64,000 bases of DNA from an uncultured delta proteobacterium (GCA_963735595.1 CAVTLK010000001.1:576001-640000); one strand, 5' to 3'; positions 1-9,855 are shown, counted from the stretch's first letter. The notes: generated by a model from the sequence alone, not told the origin. Translations and numbers: made by a program.

Positions 1-9
1 ATATCTCCG

Positions 10-606
10 TTATAGTTCCCGGCGGTTTGTCAAGGCCGCCGTCAGCGTCTGGGAATCAAAATATTCGAGATCTCCTCCGGCCGGAAGCCCCTGAGCAATT
101 CGGGTGACCCGGACGTCCGTATCCTCAAGCCGCTGGCGTATCAGGTGCGAGGTCAGCTCCCCTTCCTTTGTCGGGTTGGTGGCGATTATGACCTCCCGCA
201 CCCCTTCGGCGGTAACACGGTGCCTCAGTTCCTCGATCCTTAGCTCGTCTACCCCGGTATTGGTTATCGGGGAGACCAGACCGCCCAGGACATGGTAGAC
301 CCCCTTGAACGACCCGCTCTTCTCCAGCGCGACAAGATCCCGCGGCTCCTCGAGAACACAGATGATCGACCGGTCCCTCCTGGGGTCGGTGCAGATCGGG
401 CACGGGTCTGTTTCGGTCAGGTTATAGCATACCGAACAGACCTTGATGCGTTCTTTTACCTCGATAATAGTCTGCGCGATGAGCCGCGCATCCCTGCCCG
501 TCATTCCGATGATGAAATAGGCAAATCGCTGCGCGGTCTTTTCGCCGACGCCGGGTAAGCGCCTGAGGGCGTCCATGAGGTTCTTTATCGGGTCTTCCCG
601 GATCAT
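10..606 (-). CDS. recR: Recombination mediator RecR
   Basis: LPGVGEKTAQR HhH motif, C4 zinc finger (CSVC..CPIC), TOPRIM domain, RIAQGLP; follows ybaB. Confidence 0.97.
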   Translation of the reverse strand: MIREDPIKNLMDALRRLPGVGEKTAQRFAYFIIGMTGRDARLIAQTIIEVKERIKVCSVCYNLTETDPCPICTDPRRDRSIICVLEEPRDLVALEKSGSFKGVYHVLGGLVSPITNTGVDELRIEELRHRVTAEGVREVIIATNPTKEGELTSHLIRQRLEDTDVRVTRIAQGLPAGGDLEYFDSQTLTAALTNRREL

Positions 607-609
607 CGA

Positions 610-936
610 CTATCCGGTAAGTCCCGGGATGGGCAGTCCCCCCGTTACCTTGGCCATTTCGCTCTTTGTCATTTCCTGCGCCTTTGCGATTCCCTCGTTG
701 ACGGCCGCCAGCACCAGATCCTGAAGCATCTCGATATCCCCGGGATCGACCACGTCTTTTTCAATCTTTATGGACACAAGCTCCAGCCGTCCGCTGACCA
801 CCACGGTAACCATGCCGCCCCCTGATGTCGCCTCTACGGTCTTTGTCGCTAATTCTTCCTGTATCCGCAGCAGTTCTTGCTGCATCTTCTGGGCCTGTTT
901 CATGATATCACCCAGGCCGCCGCCCATCCTGACCAT
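610..936 (-). CDS. ybaB: YbaB/EbfC nucleoid-associated protein
   Basis: MKQAQKMQ..SGGGMVTV..DIEMLQDL motif; between dnaX and recR. Confidence 0.95.
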   Translation of the reverse strand: MVRMGGGLGDIMKQAQKMQQELLRIQEELATKTVEATSGGGMVTVVVSGRLELVSIKIEKDVVDPGDIEMLQDLVLAAVNEGIAKAQEMTKSEMAKVTGGLPIPGLTG

Positions 937-953
937 AGCCGCCTCCTATTGTC

Positions 954-2619
954 CTATTTCTTACGGGGGGTATACCCTTCGATTGTCGCCTCGGAAAATA
1001 CTCTTCTTGACGTTCTGTGCCGTTTTTGATTCAACGATTTGCGTATATGTATCGCCGCCTTCCGAAACCGCCGGCGGAGCTTCGTCTGCCGGAGTATCGA
1101 ATTGCCCGTCGACACCGACCAGCGAAACGGATAAGCTCCCGTTTGAAATACTCGTAAAACTCCTTCTGTATCTTCTCGAACCGTATCCCTGCCCGAGACG
1201 AGGTGGAGGTATTTCTTGGGCAGCTCAATGACGGCTGTAGTCCCCTCAACTCGTATGGAAACCGCGTAGACGAGGTACGAATGAATGACCGGGTCCCTGC
1301 CCGCGAGATAGGAGAGAAATCCCTTTATCTGATCCTGCTCCGATCTCCCCGCCCTTAGCAGGCATCGTCCCCGTCTCCGGCTTTTCGGAGGGTATGCGTT
1401 GCCCTCCGAGGGACGCACGGGAAGGTTCGGTCTTGGGCTCAAATTCGAATGATAACGAGCCCGCCGCGGCACCCTCGGGAGCCTGACCCCCCAATCGGGA
1501 GAGCTTCTCGATGACGTCCGTAATCGACTCAACCGATCCGGCACGGGCCATCTTTATGAGCACCAGTTCCATCGCGATTCTCGGGTCACTGCTGTTCTTG
1601 ATGGAATACTCCGCCGAAAACAATATGTTGAATATCTGTGTCAATTCATCGATCGAGAGCGGCTGGCCGACCGCGGTCAGCTCCTCGCGCTCTTCGTTTG
1701 TCAGGTCGGGAGTCGATATCGTCGGGGCCGCCTTAATGAGGAGCAGGTTACGCATCAGCTCAACCAGCTCTCGATAGTACTGTATGATGTCGTATCCCTG
1801 GGTATAGACCTCCGCAAGATTGTGGATCGCCAGGGAAGCGTCGTATCGCGCCACCGCCTCGATCATCTTGAAAAGGAGTGCGCGGTCTGTAAGGCCGAGC
1901 ACCTCGCGTACTGCTTCTTCCGAGATCGAGTCGCCCGAATAACCAATGACCTGATCCATGAGGCTCTGGGCATCCCGCATGCTGCCGGCGGCTTCCCGTG
2001 ATATGATGGTAAGCGCCCCCTGGGCCGCGGTGATCCCCTCCTTCTGGGCGATATCGGCAAGCCGGCTCATGATATCTTTTGCGGCGATTCTCTTGAAATC
2101 GAAACGCTGAGTTCGCGAGAGAATCGTCACCGGGATCTTATGGGATTCGGTGGTGGCAAAGATAAAGATGACATGCGCCGGAGGTTCCTCGAGGATCTTG
2201 AGTAACGCGTTAAACGCGTTGATCGACAGCATGTGAACTTCGTCGATGATATAGATGTTATAACGTCCTGCCGACGGCAGATACCGAACGTTCTCCCTGA
2301 GCTCCCGGATATCGTCTACTCCAGTATTCGAGGCCCCGTCGATCTCGTAGACGTCCGTCACGTTTCCGTCAACGATTCCCCGGCACATGGGGCATTCGTT
2401 GCAGGGTTCCGGCGTGGGGCCCTTCTGGCAGTTGAGCGCCTTTGCCAGTAGTCGGGCGATCGTGGTCTTGCCTACTCCCCGGGGACCTGAAAAGAGGTAC
2501 GCGTGAGCGATTCTCTCCTGCGTGATAGCGTTTTTCAGGGTACGGGTCACGTGGCTCTGCCCGACCACCTCTTCGAAGGTCTGGGGACGATATTTTCGGG
2601 CGATAACAAGGTATGACAT
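954..2619 (-). CDS. dnaX: DNA polymerase III gamma/tau; C-terminal part broken by about 4 frameshifts (main ORF 1246-2619)
   Basis: MSYLVIARKYRPQTF, Walker A GPRGVGKT, zinc finger, DEVHML; C-terminus can be stitched across frames to ...VFSEATIEGYTPRKK* at 954. Confidence 0.93.
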
Positions 2620-2642
2620 CTATGTAACTAAAAACGGATATG

Positions 2643-2750
2643 TGTGATAGCTAGGCGCCCCTGCGGCACATAGAGAGGTCCTCTACCGCTGCTTCCTTCC
2701 GGACCTGGCGGGGTTCGAGGGCATCTATTGCACAGGACCCAGCTATCACA
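2643..2750 (-). ncRNA. ffs: Small bacterial SRP RNA (4.5S)
   Basis: Minus strand has CCAGGTCCGGAAGGAAGCAGC domain IV core inside a long hairpin closed by TGTGATAGCT/AGCTATCACA; canonical position upstream of dnaX. Confidence 0.95.
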
Positions 2751-2774
2751 GATATCCGTTTTTGATTGGTTTTG

Positions 2775-2865
2775 TGGCGGAGAGAGTGGGGTTCGAACCC
2801 ACGGTGCGCTATTAACGCACACACGATTTCCGGTCGTGCTCCTTCAGCCGCTCGGACATCTCTCC
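2775..2865 (-). tRNA. tRNA-Ser(GGA)
   Basis: GGAGAGATGTCCGAGCGG...CACGA-CCGGAAA-TCGTG, long variable arm, GTTCGAAC, 3' GCCA; C rather than U at position 33. Confidence 0.92.
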
Positions 2866-2936
2866 GTTAAATCGTTTCTTACCTGAATATCTGTCTACAC
2901 CGGGCTCTCGCGGTAACGATCCCAACCATCTAAATA

Positions 2937-2963
2937 CCGAGAAGGTCCTTCGGGCCTTCTCGG
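2937..2963 (-). terminator. Hairpin/probable intrinsic terminator downstream of tRNA-Ser(CGA)
   Basis: CCGAGAAGG-CCCGAAGGA-CCTTCTCGG followed by TATTT on the minus strand. Confidence 0.5.
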
Positions 2964-2991
2964 GTGCCGGCGGTCCGCTAAATCAAGTGTG

Positions 2992-3085
2992 TGGCGGAGA
3001 GGGTGGGATTCGAACCCACGTGGGGGGTATGAGCCCCCAAGCCGATTTCGAGTCGGCCCCGTTACGACCACTTCGGTACCTCTCC
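2992..3085 (-). tRNA. tRNA-Ser(CGA)
   Basis: GGAGAGGTACCGAAGTGG...GCCGA-CTCGAAA-TCGGC, long variable arm, GTTCGAATC, 3' GCCA. Confidence 0.95.
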
Positions 3086-3093
3086 CTGTTACC

Positions 3094-3576
3094 TCATCGC
3101 TTCTCTCTAAAAAAACGCGCAACAAGTGTTCGCGACTCTTCCTCGAGGATCCCCGCCGTTACCTCCACGCGGTGATTGAGCCGATCGTCACCCAACAGCT
3201 TATGGAGAGAATCAACGGCCCCCGCTTTGGGATCAGGCGCCCCATAAAAGAGCCTGTCCACCCGCGCCTGTATGATTGCCCCCGCGCACATTGCGCAGGG
3301 CTCGACGGTTACATAAAGGTCTACGCCGGTAAGCCGGTAGTTCCCGAGCTTTTGCGCGGCCTGCCTGAGCGCGACGACCTCGGCGTGGGCCGTGGGATCA
3401 GCATCGCCGATGACACGGTTAGAGCCCCTGCCGATTATCCGCCCTCCCATCACCGCCACCGCGCCGATGGGGACTTCCCCCTGCCCCAGCGCCCGTTCGG
3501 CCTCCCGCAACGCCTCTCGCATGAACGATGCCGGACGTTGCGAGGGTCCTTCCTCATAATCGCCTGTCGTCCCCAT
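3094..3576 (-). CDS. tadA: tRNA adenosine(34) deaminase (start uncertain)
   Basis: [34 protein letters not shown] motifs. Confidence 0.93.
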   Translation of the reverse strand: MGTTGDYEEGPSQRPASFMREALREAERALGQGEVPIGAVAVMGGRIIGRGSNRVIGDADPTAHAEVVALRQAAQKLGNYRLTGVDLYVTVEPCAMCAGAIIQARVDRLFYGAPDPKAGAVDSLHKLLGDDRLNHRVEVTAGILEEESRTLVARFFREKR

Positions 3577-3745
3577 CGTCAGCACCCGGCATCGGCGCCC
3601 CTCACATGCCCCCGCGCTCTCGGTGGAGTAAACGCCGCGCAATTACAGCAGTATATCAAATATCAACGCCGTTTCAAGCGAAATAGATCATCCTACCCCA
3701 CCCGACCGTCCGGTATCGTTTGCCGATCCTCCGACGTTTTGAAAG

Positions 3746-3823
3746 TGGTGCGCCCGGCAGGATTTGAACCTGCGGCCTACAGATTCGTAGTCTGGCGCTC
3801 TATCCGGGCTGAGCTACGGGCGC
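3746..3823 (-). tRNA. tRNA-Arg(ACG)
   Basis: GCGCCCGTAGCTCAG...CCAGA-CTACGAA-TCTGT...GTTCAAATC...GGGCGCACCA. Confidence 0.95.
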
Positions 3824-3841
3824 ATTCAGTATGAATGGTAG

Positions 3842-3870
3842 ATTGTAACCTCTACCGTATATATTGTCAA
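3842..3870 (-). promoter_or_regulatory. Sigma70 promoter of tRNA-Arg
   Basis: TTGACA-17 nt-TACAAT just upstream of the tRNA. Confidence 0.8.
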
Positions 3871-4004
3871 TACGAGAGTTGCGAAAATTGTATAGATAGG
3901 TACGGTTACAGTGGACGGGTTTGATGTCGTAAGGCCCCGGACAGGTTGATGAGGTGAGCTTATGAGAGGTTCATCGGATCGGCCCGGGGCCCGGGACGCT
4001 GTTC

Positions 4005-4154
4005 TTATACGAAATAGCGCGGCAGCATGTGCGGCAGCGCCCGTATCTGTTGTTTGAGGAAGACCCTCTTGGCTTTACTCATCAACAGGTACCGAACCCA
4101 GCCCAGCAGGGCAATCCCCACGATAACCGCAATGATAATCAACAGGATTTTCAT
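4005..4154 (-). CDS. 49-aa single-pass membrane microprotein (not in ORF track)
   Basis: GGAGG SD, then MKILLIIIAVIVGIALLGWVRYLLMSKAKRVFLKQQIRALPHMLPRYFV*; starts 13 nt after the oxidoreductase stop. Confidence 0.75.
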   Translation of the reverse strand: MKILLIIIAVIVGIALLGWVRYLLMSKAKRVFLKQQIRALPHMLPRYFV

Positions 4155-4167
4155 ATCTGCCTCCACA

Positions 4168-5673
4168 TCAGCTGTTTTGCTCGTATGTTTTGATAAGCTC
4201 TGCCGCGATCACCGAGGAACAGATGACCGTGGGCAGGCCGCCGCCCGGATGCGTCGATGCCCCCACGAGATACAGCCCCTGGATGCTCTTTGATTTGGCC
4301 GATGGCCTGAAGACCCCTGAATGACCCATGTCCTGGGCGAGCTGATAGATTCCACCTTCGGGCGCCAGGAGGTCCCGCTCGAAATCTCGGGGCGTGCCCA
4401 GCATCGCGACCGTTACGTGTTTTTTCATCCCCGGCAGGTATTTCTTCGTGAAGTAATCGACGTACTGCTCCGTCAGGGAGTGCTTGAGGTTGTCCCAGTC
4501 GGTCCCGGCCAGGTGATACGGGCCGAACAGCGTCATCACGATCGTGTGGTGGCCCGTGGGCGCCATGCCGGGGTCCGAGTGGGTCTTCCAGCTGATGAGG
4601 CCGACCTGCCGGTCGGGGAGCCGCTTCTCGACGATCATCTGGTGGAAGAAGAGATCGAACTCTTCCGGCGTGGCCGTCAGAATGGTGTGATGCGACTTGA
4701 GAGGCGGCGCGGTATCGAGCCCAAGGAAAAACATGAGGGCCGAGGGAGAGTTTTTCAGGCTCTTGACACCACGGCGCGCCATCGGCCCCAGGTGCTCCAG
4801 CCCGATCAGGTCGGTATAGAGGGTCTTGGCGCTGATGTCCGAAACGACGACGTCTGCCGTGATCGTTGTTTTGTCGGAAAGGACCACACCGGACGCCCGC
4901 TTGTCTTTTACGATGATCTTTTTGACCAGCGTCTTCGTGCGAAATTCCATACCGGCCTTCTTGCTCACCCGAAGTATCGCCTCGGGCACGGCGATAAGGC
5001 CGCCCTTGCTGTAGTAGAAATCGTTGTGTTCGTTCCACGGCAGGATGGAAAAAACGCCGGGGACAAGGGTGGGCGGCATCCCCATGAACGTACCCTGGAA
5101 TGCGAGCATTTCACGAACGACGGGGTGCTTGAAATATTTATCCATAACCATCTGGTAGCTGGAGCCGAACAGCGAGCGGTACTTCAAGAGTTTCGGCTGC
5201 TCCTTGAACATCCCGACCATATCGCCGAGCGTGAGCATGGGGGCATAGAAGTACGCGGGGATTACCGCACTGAAAAATTCCCCCATGTCTTCGCAGTACC
5301 GGACCCATCCGTCGGCGTCGGCCGGCGAGAGCTTCCTGAATTCCTCGGCGACCGCCCGGCTTGGGGACGGGTATTTGACCTCGGAGCCGTCCCTGAGGAT
5401 ATAGGTATAGACCGGATCGATGGGAATCAGCCCAACTTCCTTGGCCAGGGATGTCCCCATGCGCGTGAAGAACTGGTCAATGACCTGCTCCATCTCGATG
5501 ATGGACGTACCAACGTCAAACCGGTATCCCTTGTGTTCGAACGTGGAACAAAAACCCCCGATTCGCTCGTTTTGCTCCAGGACGAGTGTCTTCCTGCCCT
5601 CTTTGGCCAGGAGCCCGCCGACGGCAAGGCCCGCGACCCCTCCTCCGATAACGATAACGTCATAGTCGGACAT
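4168..5673 (-). CDS. Phytoene desaturase (CrtI)-family FAD-dependent oxidoreductase
   Basis: VIGGGVAGL Rossmann motif, GYRFDVG, TPRDFE, GLYLVGASTHPGGGLP. Confidence 0.9.
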   Translation of the reverse strand: MSDYDVIVIGGGVAGLAVGGLLAKEGRKTLVLEQNERIGGFCSTFEHKGYRFDVGTSIIEMEQVIDQFFTRMGTSLAKEVGLIPIDPVYTYILRDGSEVKYPSPSRAVAEEFRKLSPADADGWVRYCEDMGEFFSAVIPAYFYAPMLTLGDMVGMFKEQPKLLKYRSLFGSSYQMVMDKYFKHPVVREMLAFQGTFMGMPPTLVPGVFSILPWNEHNDFYYSKGGLIAVPEAILRVSKKAGMEFRTKTLVKKIIVKDKRASGVVLSDKTTITADVVVSDISAKTLYTDLIGLEHLGPMARRGVKSLKNSPSALMFFLGLDTAPPLKSHHTILTATPEEFDLFFHQMIVEKRLPDRQVGLISWKTHSDPGMAPTGHHTIVMTLFGPYHLAGTDWDNLKHSLTEQYVDYFTKKYLPGMKKHVTVAMLGTPRDFERDLLAPEGGIYQLAQDMGHSGVFRPSAKSKSIQGLYLVGASTHPGGGLPTVICSSVIAAELIKTYEQNS

Positions 5674-5733
5674 ACGTTACTCCTCTATGAATTCAGTATA
5701 ACGACCATACTTCGCGTGAACCGCAAAAAATAG

Positions 5734-6372
5734 CTATTTCTGCGCCGGCCTGCCGCCTCCGGTCATCATCAGGTCAATTATCATTTTCCTGAAATAAACA
5801 ATGAAACGGGGAAAATCCGTCGTTTCCCGCGCAATCAGGTACGACATCGAAAACCCGTTTGCCATCGCTACCATCATCGAGGCCAGGACCTGAAGATCCA
5901 CCTCGAGCGATAGCCCTTCTTCATCCCGCGCCCTGCTCAGGGCTTGGGCCGTCAGATCCCGGATGCGGACGTGCTGTGAGAACACGTCGCGGGTACCGGC
6001 CGGATTCTTAATGCCCAGGAGCGTCAGCTCCATTACCACGACAAACCAGTCCGGGTTCTCCCGTATGTACGAATAGAACGCGTCAAACAGCATCCCGATC
6101 TTCTCTTCCAGCGGCGCCGGCCGTTCGAAGATCGAAATGGCCCTCCCCAGATACTCCGACATCGCGAAGTCATAGATCTCCCCCACCAGCGCGTCCTTGT
6201 CCTTGAAGTAGTAGTGGAGGAGCGCCTTGCTGATCCCTGCCTCCTTGGCGATATCGGCAAGGGATACGTTCACGAATCCCTTGCGGCCCATGATCCCGTA
6301 AGCGGCCCGGATGATCGTCTCCACCCGTTCGCTTTTTTTGGTCCCATTTTCTAAAACGGTCTGTTTCGTCAT
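5734..6372 (-). CDS. TetR/AcrR family regulator
   Basis: KGFVNVSLADIAKEAGISKALLHYYFKDKDAL HTH. Confidence 0.93.
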   Translation of the reverse strand: MTKQTVLENGTKKSERVETIIRAAYGIMGRKGFVNVSLADIAKEAGISKALLHYYFKDKDALVGEIYDFAMSEYLGRAISIFERPAPLEEKIGMLFDAFYSYIRENPDWFVVVMELTLLGIKNPAGTRDVFSQHVRIRDLTAQALSRARDEEGLSLEVDLQVLASMMVAMANGFSMSYLIARETTDFPRFIVYFRKMIIDLMMTGGGRPAQK

Positions 6373-6403
6373 AGCGGCACCCTCTCCGTACGAGCAGCAA
6401 TCC

Positions 6404-6455
6404 TGACTGGCCGGCCAATCAAGATTATGCTACAAAAAAATGCATCCCGTGTCAA
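6404..6455 (-). promoter_or_regulatory. tetR promoter with probable operator palindrome
   Basis: TTGACA(6455-6450)-17 nt-TAGCAT; near-perfect palindrome TGAcTGGCCGGCCAaTCA at 6404-6421 over the predicted start site. Confidence 0.65.
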
Positions 6456-6691
6456 GAGAATATGCGATCCTGCCGGCATGCTATTTTGTTTTATGATGTA
6501 TATGATCGCCGTCTCACCCGGTCAGCCAACGTCCTGCGCGGTATCGCCCCGTGCCGGGCCAGGTCTCCCTCAAAATGGATAAAAGCCCATGCGCGTGCTT
6601 TTCGCGACATTCGATGTCCTGCCGCCCAATGACGGACAGGCCTGTTTTTGTTGTACCGCCTTGCATACCCTGTTATCCCCTGCCCCTTCCG

Positions 6692-7795
6692 CTATCCTTC
6701 GATAATCGTCTCCTCTCTTATCTCTTTCTCGGTCCCGCCAAAGACGCCCGCGTCGATCTTCAGGTGTGCGTCGTCCAGGCTTTGAAGGAGCATCGTTTTC
6801 AACTCCGATAGGTCGCCCGGCCCCGATACCCGCCGGATGGTATCCCATAGGCTGGCAACCGCTTCCGTCGCACGGACCTTGAGATCAATGATAGAGGTGC
6901 CGGCAATAACGAATATCGTTGTAAACGTCCCTGTCTTTTTCAGCTCCTCCAGGAGCGTCGTGCGAAGGGCCGGGTGTCTCGTTCCCACGAAATCAAGAAA
7001 CGAGTTGACCGCGGACAGGAAAAACTCCTTTTGCGACTCCTCCTGCTTAATGATGTCAAAACCGACTTCGAGATCCATGAGCCGGGTCAGGAATTCAACA
7101 ACCAGGTCACCCCTGATCACGTCGCCGTGCTGAGGGGCTATAATATCGGGGATCGGATTCAGCAGGCCGATACGCTGGATTGCTTCGCGCAGCGCGCCCG
7201 TGGACGGCATATAGAGCTGATGGAAAATGGAAATACCGCTCCACGATTCCTCCGTCGCATAAATGCCGCTGCCTTTCCGGGTGTCTATCCCACCCAGAAG
7301 GTCACCCGAGAAGAGTATCCCGGACTCGAAATCATAGAACATCATCGCCCCCCGGAAGTGACAGAACTGCGCAGGGACGAATCGAACGCGATGTCCCGTC
7401 TTCCCAATCCTGAGAACCTTACTCTTGAAGTTCTCGACAGCATAGTAGCGGTTATCCTCTATGCCATACATCCTGACCAGTCGCCACGTGTCTATCGAGC
7501 AGACGATCTTGGCGGTAGGACTTCCCGTCAGAAATACGTTAATGTTGGAGGTAAGATCGGGGTCCTGGTGGGAAAGGAAGACCAGGTGGATGTTTTCGAT
7601 CCCGCGGGTCAGCTCCTTGAGTGCATCGATGACAAGGGCAATGTCCAAACGCGTGCCCGGATCGCAGATCATGTTAATGGACGATCCATCGCTTCCGAAA
7701 AAACGTTTCAGGTAAATATTGCGATGGAAATCCTTTTCATCACTTCTAAAAAGGAAAAAGTCCTTTCCAATTTCGTGTATCATTTCCTTTTTCAT
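6692..7795 (-). CDS. MBL-fold oxygen-binding di-iron (ODP-like) protein with C-terminal extension
   Basis: SHQDPD, AQFCHFRG, ILFSGD, FHQLYMPS, IAPQHG motifs. Confidence 0.8.
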   Translation of the reverse strand: MKKEMIHEIGKDFFLFRSDEKDFHRNIYLKRFFGSDGSSINMICDPGTRLDIALVIDALKELTRGIENIHLVFLSHQDPDLTSNINVFLTGSPTAKIVCSIDTWRLVRMYGIEDNRYYAVENFKSKVLRIGKTGHRVRFVPAQFCHFRGAMMFYDFESGILFSGDLLGGIDTRKGSGIYATEESWSGISIFHQLYMPSTGALREAIQRIGLLNPIPDIIAPQHGDVIRGDLVVEFLTRLMDLEVGFDIIKQEESQKEFFLSAVNSFLDFVGTRHPALRTTLLEELKKTGTFTTIFVIAGTSIIDLKVRATEAVASLWDTIRRVSGPGDLSELKTMLLQSLDDAHLKIDAGVFGGTEKEIREETIIEG

Positions 7796-7954
7796 TTCCC
7801 CTTGTCTCCACTAACCCCTAACGGAGGGTGTAAATAGTATGCATGCCTAATGATATTCCGCCGACATTATGCGTCGGCAGGGTAAAACAATATCCGATTT
7901 TCTCATCTTATATTCTACCCCGTCTGCTAAATACAGTCAATCTAATCATAGGGG

Positions 7955-7983
7955 TTGACAGGATATCCCCCTCCTGTTATGGT
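7955..7983 (+). promoter_or_regulatory. Sigma70 promoter
   Basis: TTGACA-17 nt-TATGGT with extended TG. Confidence 0.6.
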
Positions 7984-8009
7984 ATTTTTCTACTACAGTA
8001 AGGACGACC

Positions 8010-8678
8010 ATGAAGATCACCGATAACCTCTTTGCCTACCCGTGGACGAGCATGTGGGAAAATAACTGCAACAGCTATTATATCGGGAGCGACGCCCGTG
8101 TCCTGATCGACCCCGGACTGCTGATGTCTTTCCCGGAGCTGGTAAAGGGACTGGCGCGTGACGGTATCGATACCGAGACAATCCGGCACGTCCTGATTAC
8201 CCATTCCCACCCCGACCACTTCGAAGCGATCGAGCGATTCTCAAACAATCCCGCGGTTGAGCTTCTCATGAGCGGGGCGGAAGCCCGTTTTATGGAAGAG
8301 GTCGGATTAAAATTCTATCCCGCCTTCGGCCTGGATGTGCCCGAATACCGCATTGACCGGGAACTGGAAGACGGGACGATTGAACTGGGCGGCGAGGAGT
8401 TTGAGGTAATCATTACCCCCGGGCACTCGCCGGGGTCTCTCTGTCTCTATTGGCCCAAAGAAAGGGCCCTTTTTTCAGGTGATCTTATCTTCAGCAGAAA
8501 CGTGGGGAGAACCGATTTTCCCGGCGGCGACGGCTCGCTCCTTAAGGAGAGCATCGAGCGTATCTCGCAGCTCGATATCGAGTACCTGCTGCCGGGGCAC
8601 ATGGAGATAGTCGTGGGAAGCGACGAAGTCAAGAGGAATTTCGATATCGTCAAGCGGTCGGTCTTTCCCTATCTATAG
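8010..8678 (+). CDS. MBL-fold metallo-hydrolase (glyoxalase II-like)
   Basis: THSHPDH, TPGHSPG, LFSGD, GRTDFPGG, LPGH. Confidence 0.92.
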   Translation: MKITDNLFAYPWTSMWENNCNSYYIGSDARVLIDPGLLMSFPELVKGLARDGIDTETIRHVLITHSHPDHFEAIERFSNNPAVELLMSGAEARFMEEVGLKFYPAFGLDVPEYRIDRELEDGTIELGGEEFEVIITPGHSPGSLCLYWPKERALFSGDLIFSRNVGRTDFPGGDGSLLKESIERISQLDIEYLLPGHMEIVVGSDEVKRNFDIVKRSVFPYL

Positions 8679-8800
8679 ATCAAAACAGCGGGTCCGCGAG
8701 CTACGCTCCCGAAACCGCGCCCGGATGTCCCTGGTCTTTAAATACGCGTGAGCCGCCGGATCCGTCATCCGGCGCGCGTCTCCCAACGTAACCGCGCCGG

Positions 8801-9778
8801 TCACTCCGTTCCGCTATCCCGCCTGACCTTGCTGATCCCCCCCCAGCATCCGATCCACACCGTCCCCTCCCGGTCAACCGCGACGGCTGTCACCCGGTCG
8901 TCCACAATACCGCTCTCCGTATTCAGAAACATCCACTCTTTGCCGTTATAGACACCAACCCCGCCGCCCCAAAAGCCGGCCCAGACGTTTCCCTTCATAT
9001 CCACGGCAACAGCGGTTACCTCGTTTGATACCAGGCCGTTTTTTACCGAGAACGTCTTCTTTACCTTCCCTCCCGACAGGAAAGCCAGTCCCCGGGCCGT
9101 CCCCACCCACGCGTTGCCGTCTGCATCGAACGCAATCGCCGACACAAGATTTGACGGAAGGCCGGACGCATCGTCGACGATGCTCAGCGCCGTCCCTTCA
9201 ATGATGCCGATCCCCATTTCGTAGGTACCGATCCAGAGTGAGGCCGTTGGGCTCTTGACGATCCTATTGACGACCGGAGTGAGCATGTCCTCGCCAAACC
9301 CGAGCTTGGCCCACCGCTTGCCGTTAAACACACCGATCCCGGAGTGGGTGCCTACCCAAATGGTGCCCTCCGGCCCCGCCGCAATATCGTATATAGTGTC
9401 GCTGGGAAGACCGTCCCTGGAGCGGTAGGTTTTCCAGGTCCCGTCAAATACCGACACCCCGTTCTGCGTCCCGAACCAGAGCCTCCCCGCATCGTCCCGG
9501 GTCATCGACGTTACCAGATCATCGGCGAGGCCGTCCTTCTCCCGGTAGATCGTTACGCCCGTGTCGTATTTCAACACGCCGCCCTCGGTGCATATCCAGA
9601 CCGCTCCATCCATGCAGTATATGTTCGTTACGGCGTTCTGATCCTTGGCCTTGCTGACGATATTTTCTACGCGTATCGTATCCTGGGCAATAGCGGCGGA
9701 CGTACAGACACCAATGACCAGTGATATACAGACGACGTACGCTATCCGCCAAAATACGGTGCTCTTCTTCAGCGGCAT
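8801..9778 (-). CDS. Secreted beta-propeller protein (Reg_prop repeats)
   Basis: Signal peptide; repeated GL.s..V.ai..D..G.lW.GT..G units. Confidence 0.88.
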   Translation of the reverse strand: MPLKKSTVFWRIAYVVCISLVIGVCTSAAIAQDTIRVENIVSKAKDQNAVTNIYCMDGAVWICTEGGVLKYDTGVTIYREKDGLADDLVTSMTRDDAGRLWFGTQNGVSVFDGTWKTYRSRDGLPSDTIYDIAAGPEGTIWVGTHSGIGVFNGKRWAKLGFGEDMLTPVVNRIVKSPTASLWIGTYEMGIGIIEGTALSIVDDASGLPSNLVSAIAFDADGNAWVGTARGLAFLSGGKVKKTFSVKNGLVSNEVTAVAVDMKGNVWAGFWGGGVGVYNGKEWMFLNTESGIVDDRVTAVAVDREGTVWIGCWGGISKVRRDSGTE

Positions 9779-9855
9779 GCCGGACTCCAGTCGGTAAAAA
9801 GAATTCTATAGTAACAGAACAGATTACTATGAGTCAAGGAATGGTTTTTGTTGGA

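Noticed and set aside
1246..1400. Programmed gamma/tau frameshift in dnaX
   Set aside because: No A-AAA-AAG or poly-A slippery site, and about four separate shifts are needed, so assembly error fits better.
3928..3991. Long imperfect hairpin after the microprotein gene
   Set aside because: No U-tract or family signature; probably a generic 3' stabilising structure.
4321..5733. Long opposite-strand ORFs (also 24554-25963, 43976-45343, 9721-10641)
   Set aside because: Shadow frames of real genes in GC-rich DNA with no recognisable motifs.
8801..9778. DNA repeat array or CRISPR
   Set aside because: The repeats are degenerate protein-level propeller blades; no repeat-spacer array or cas genes in the window.
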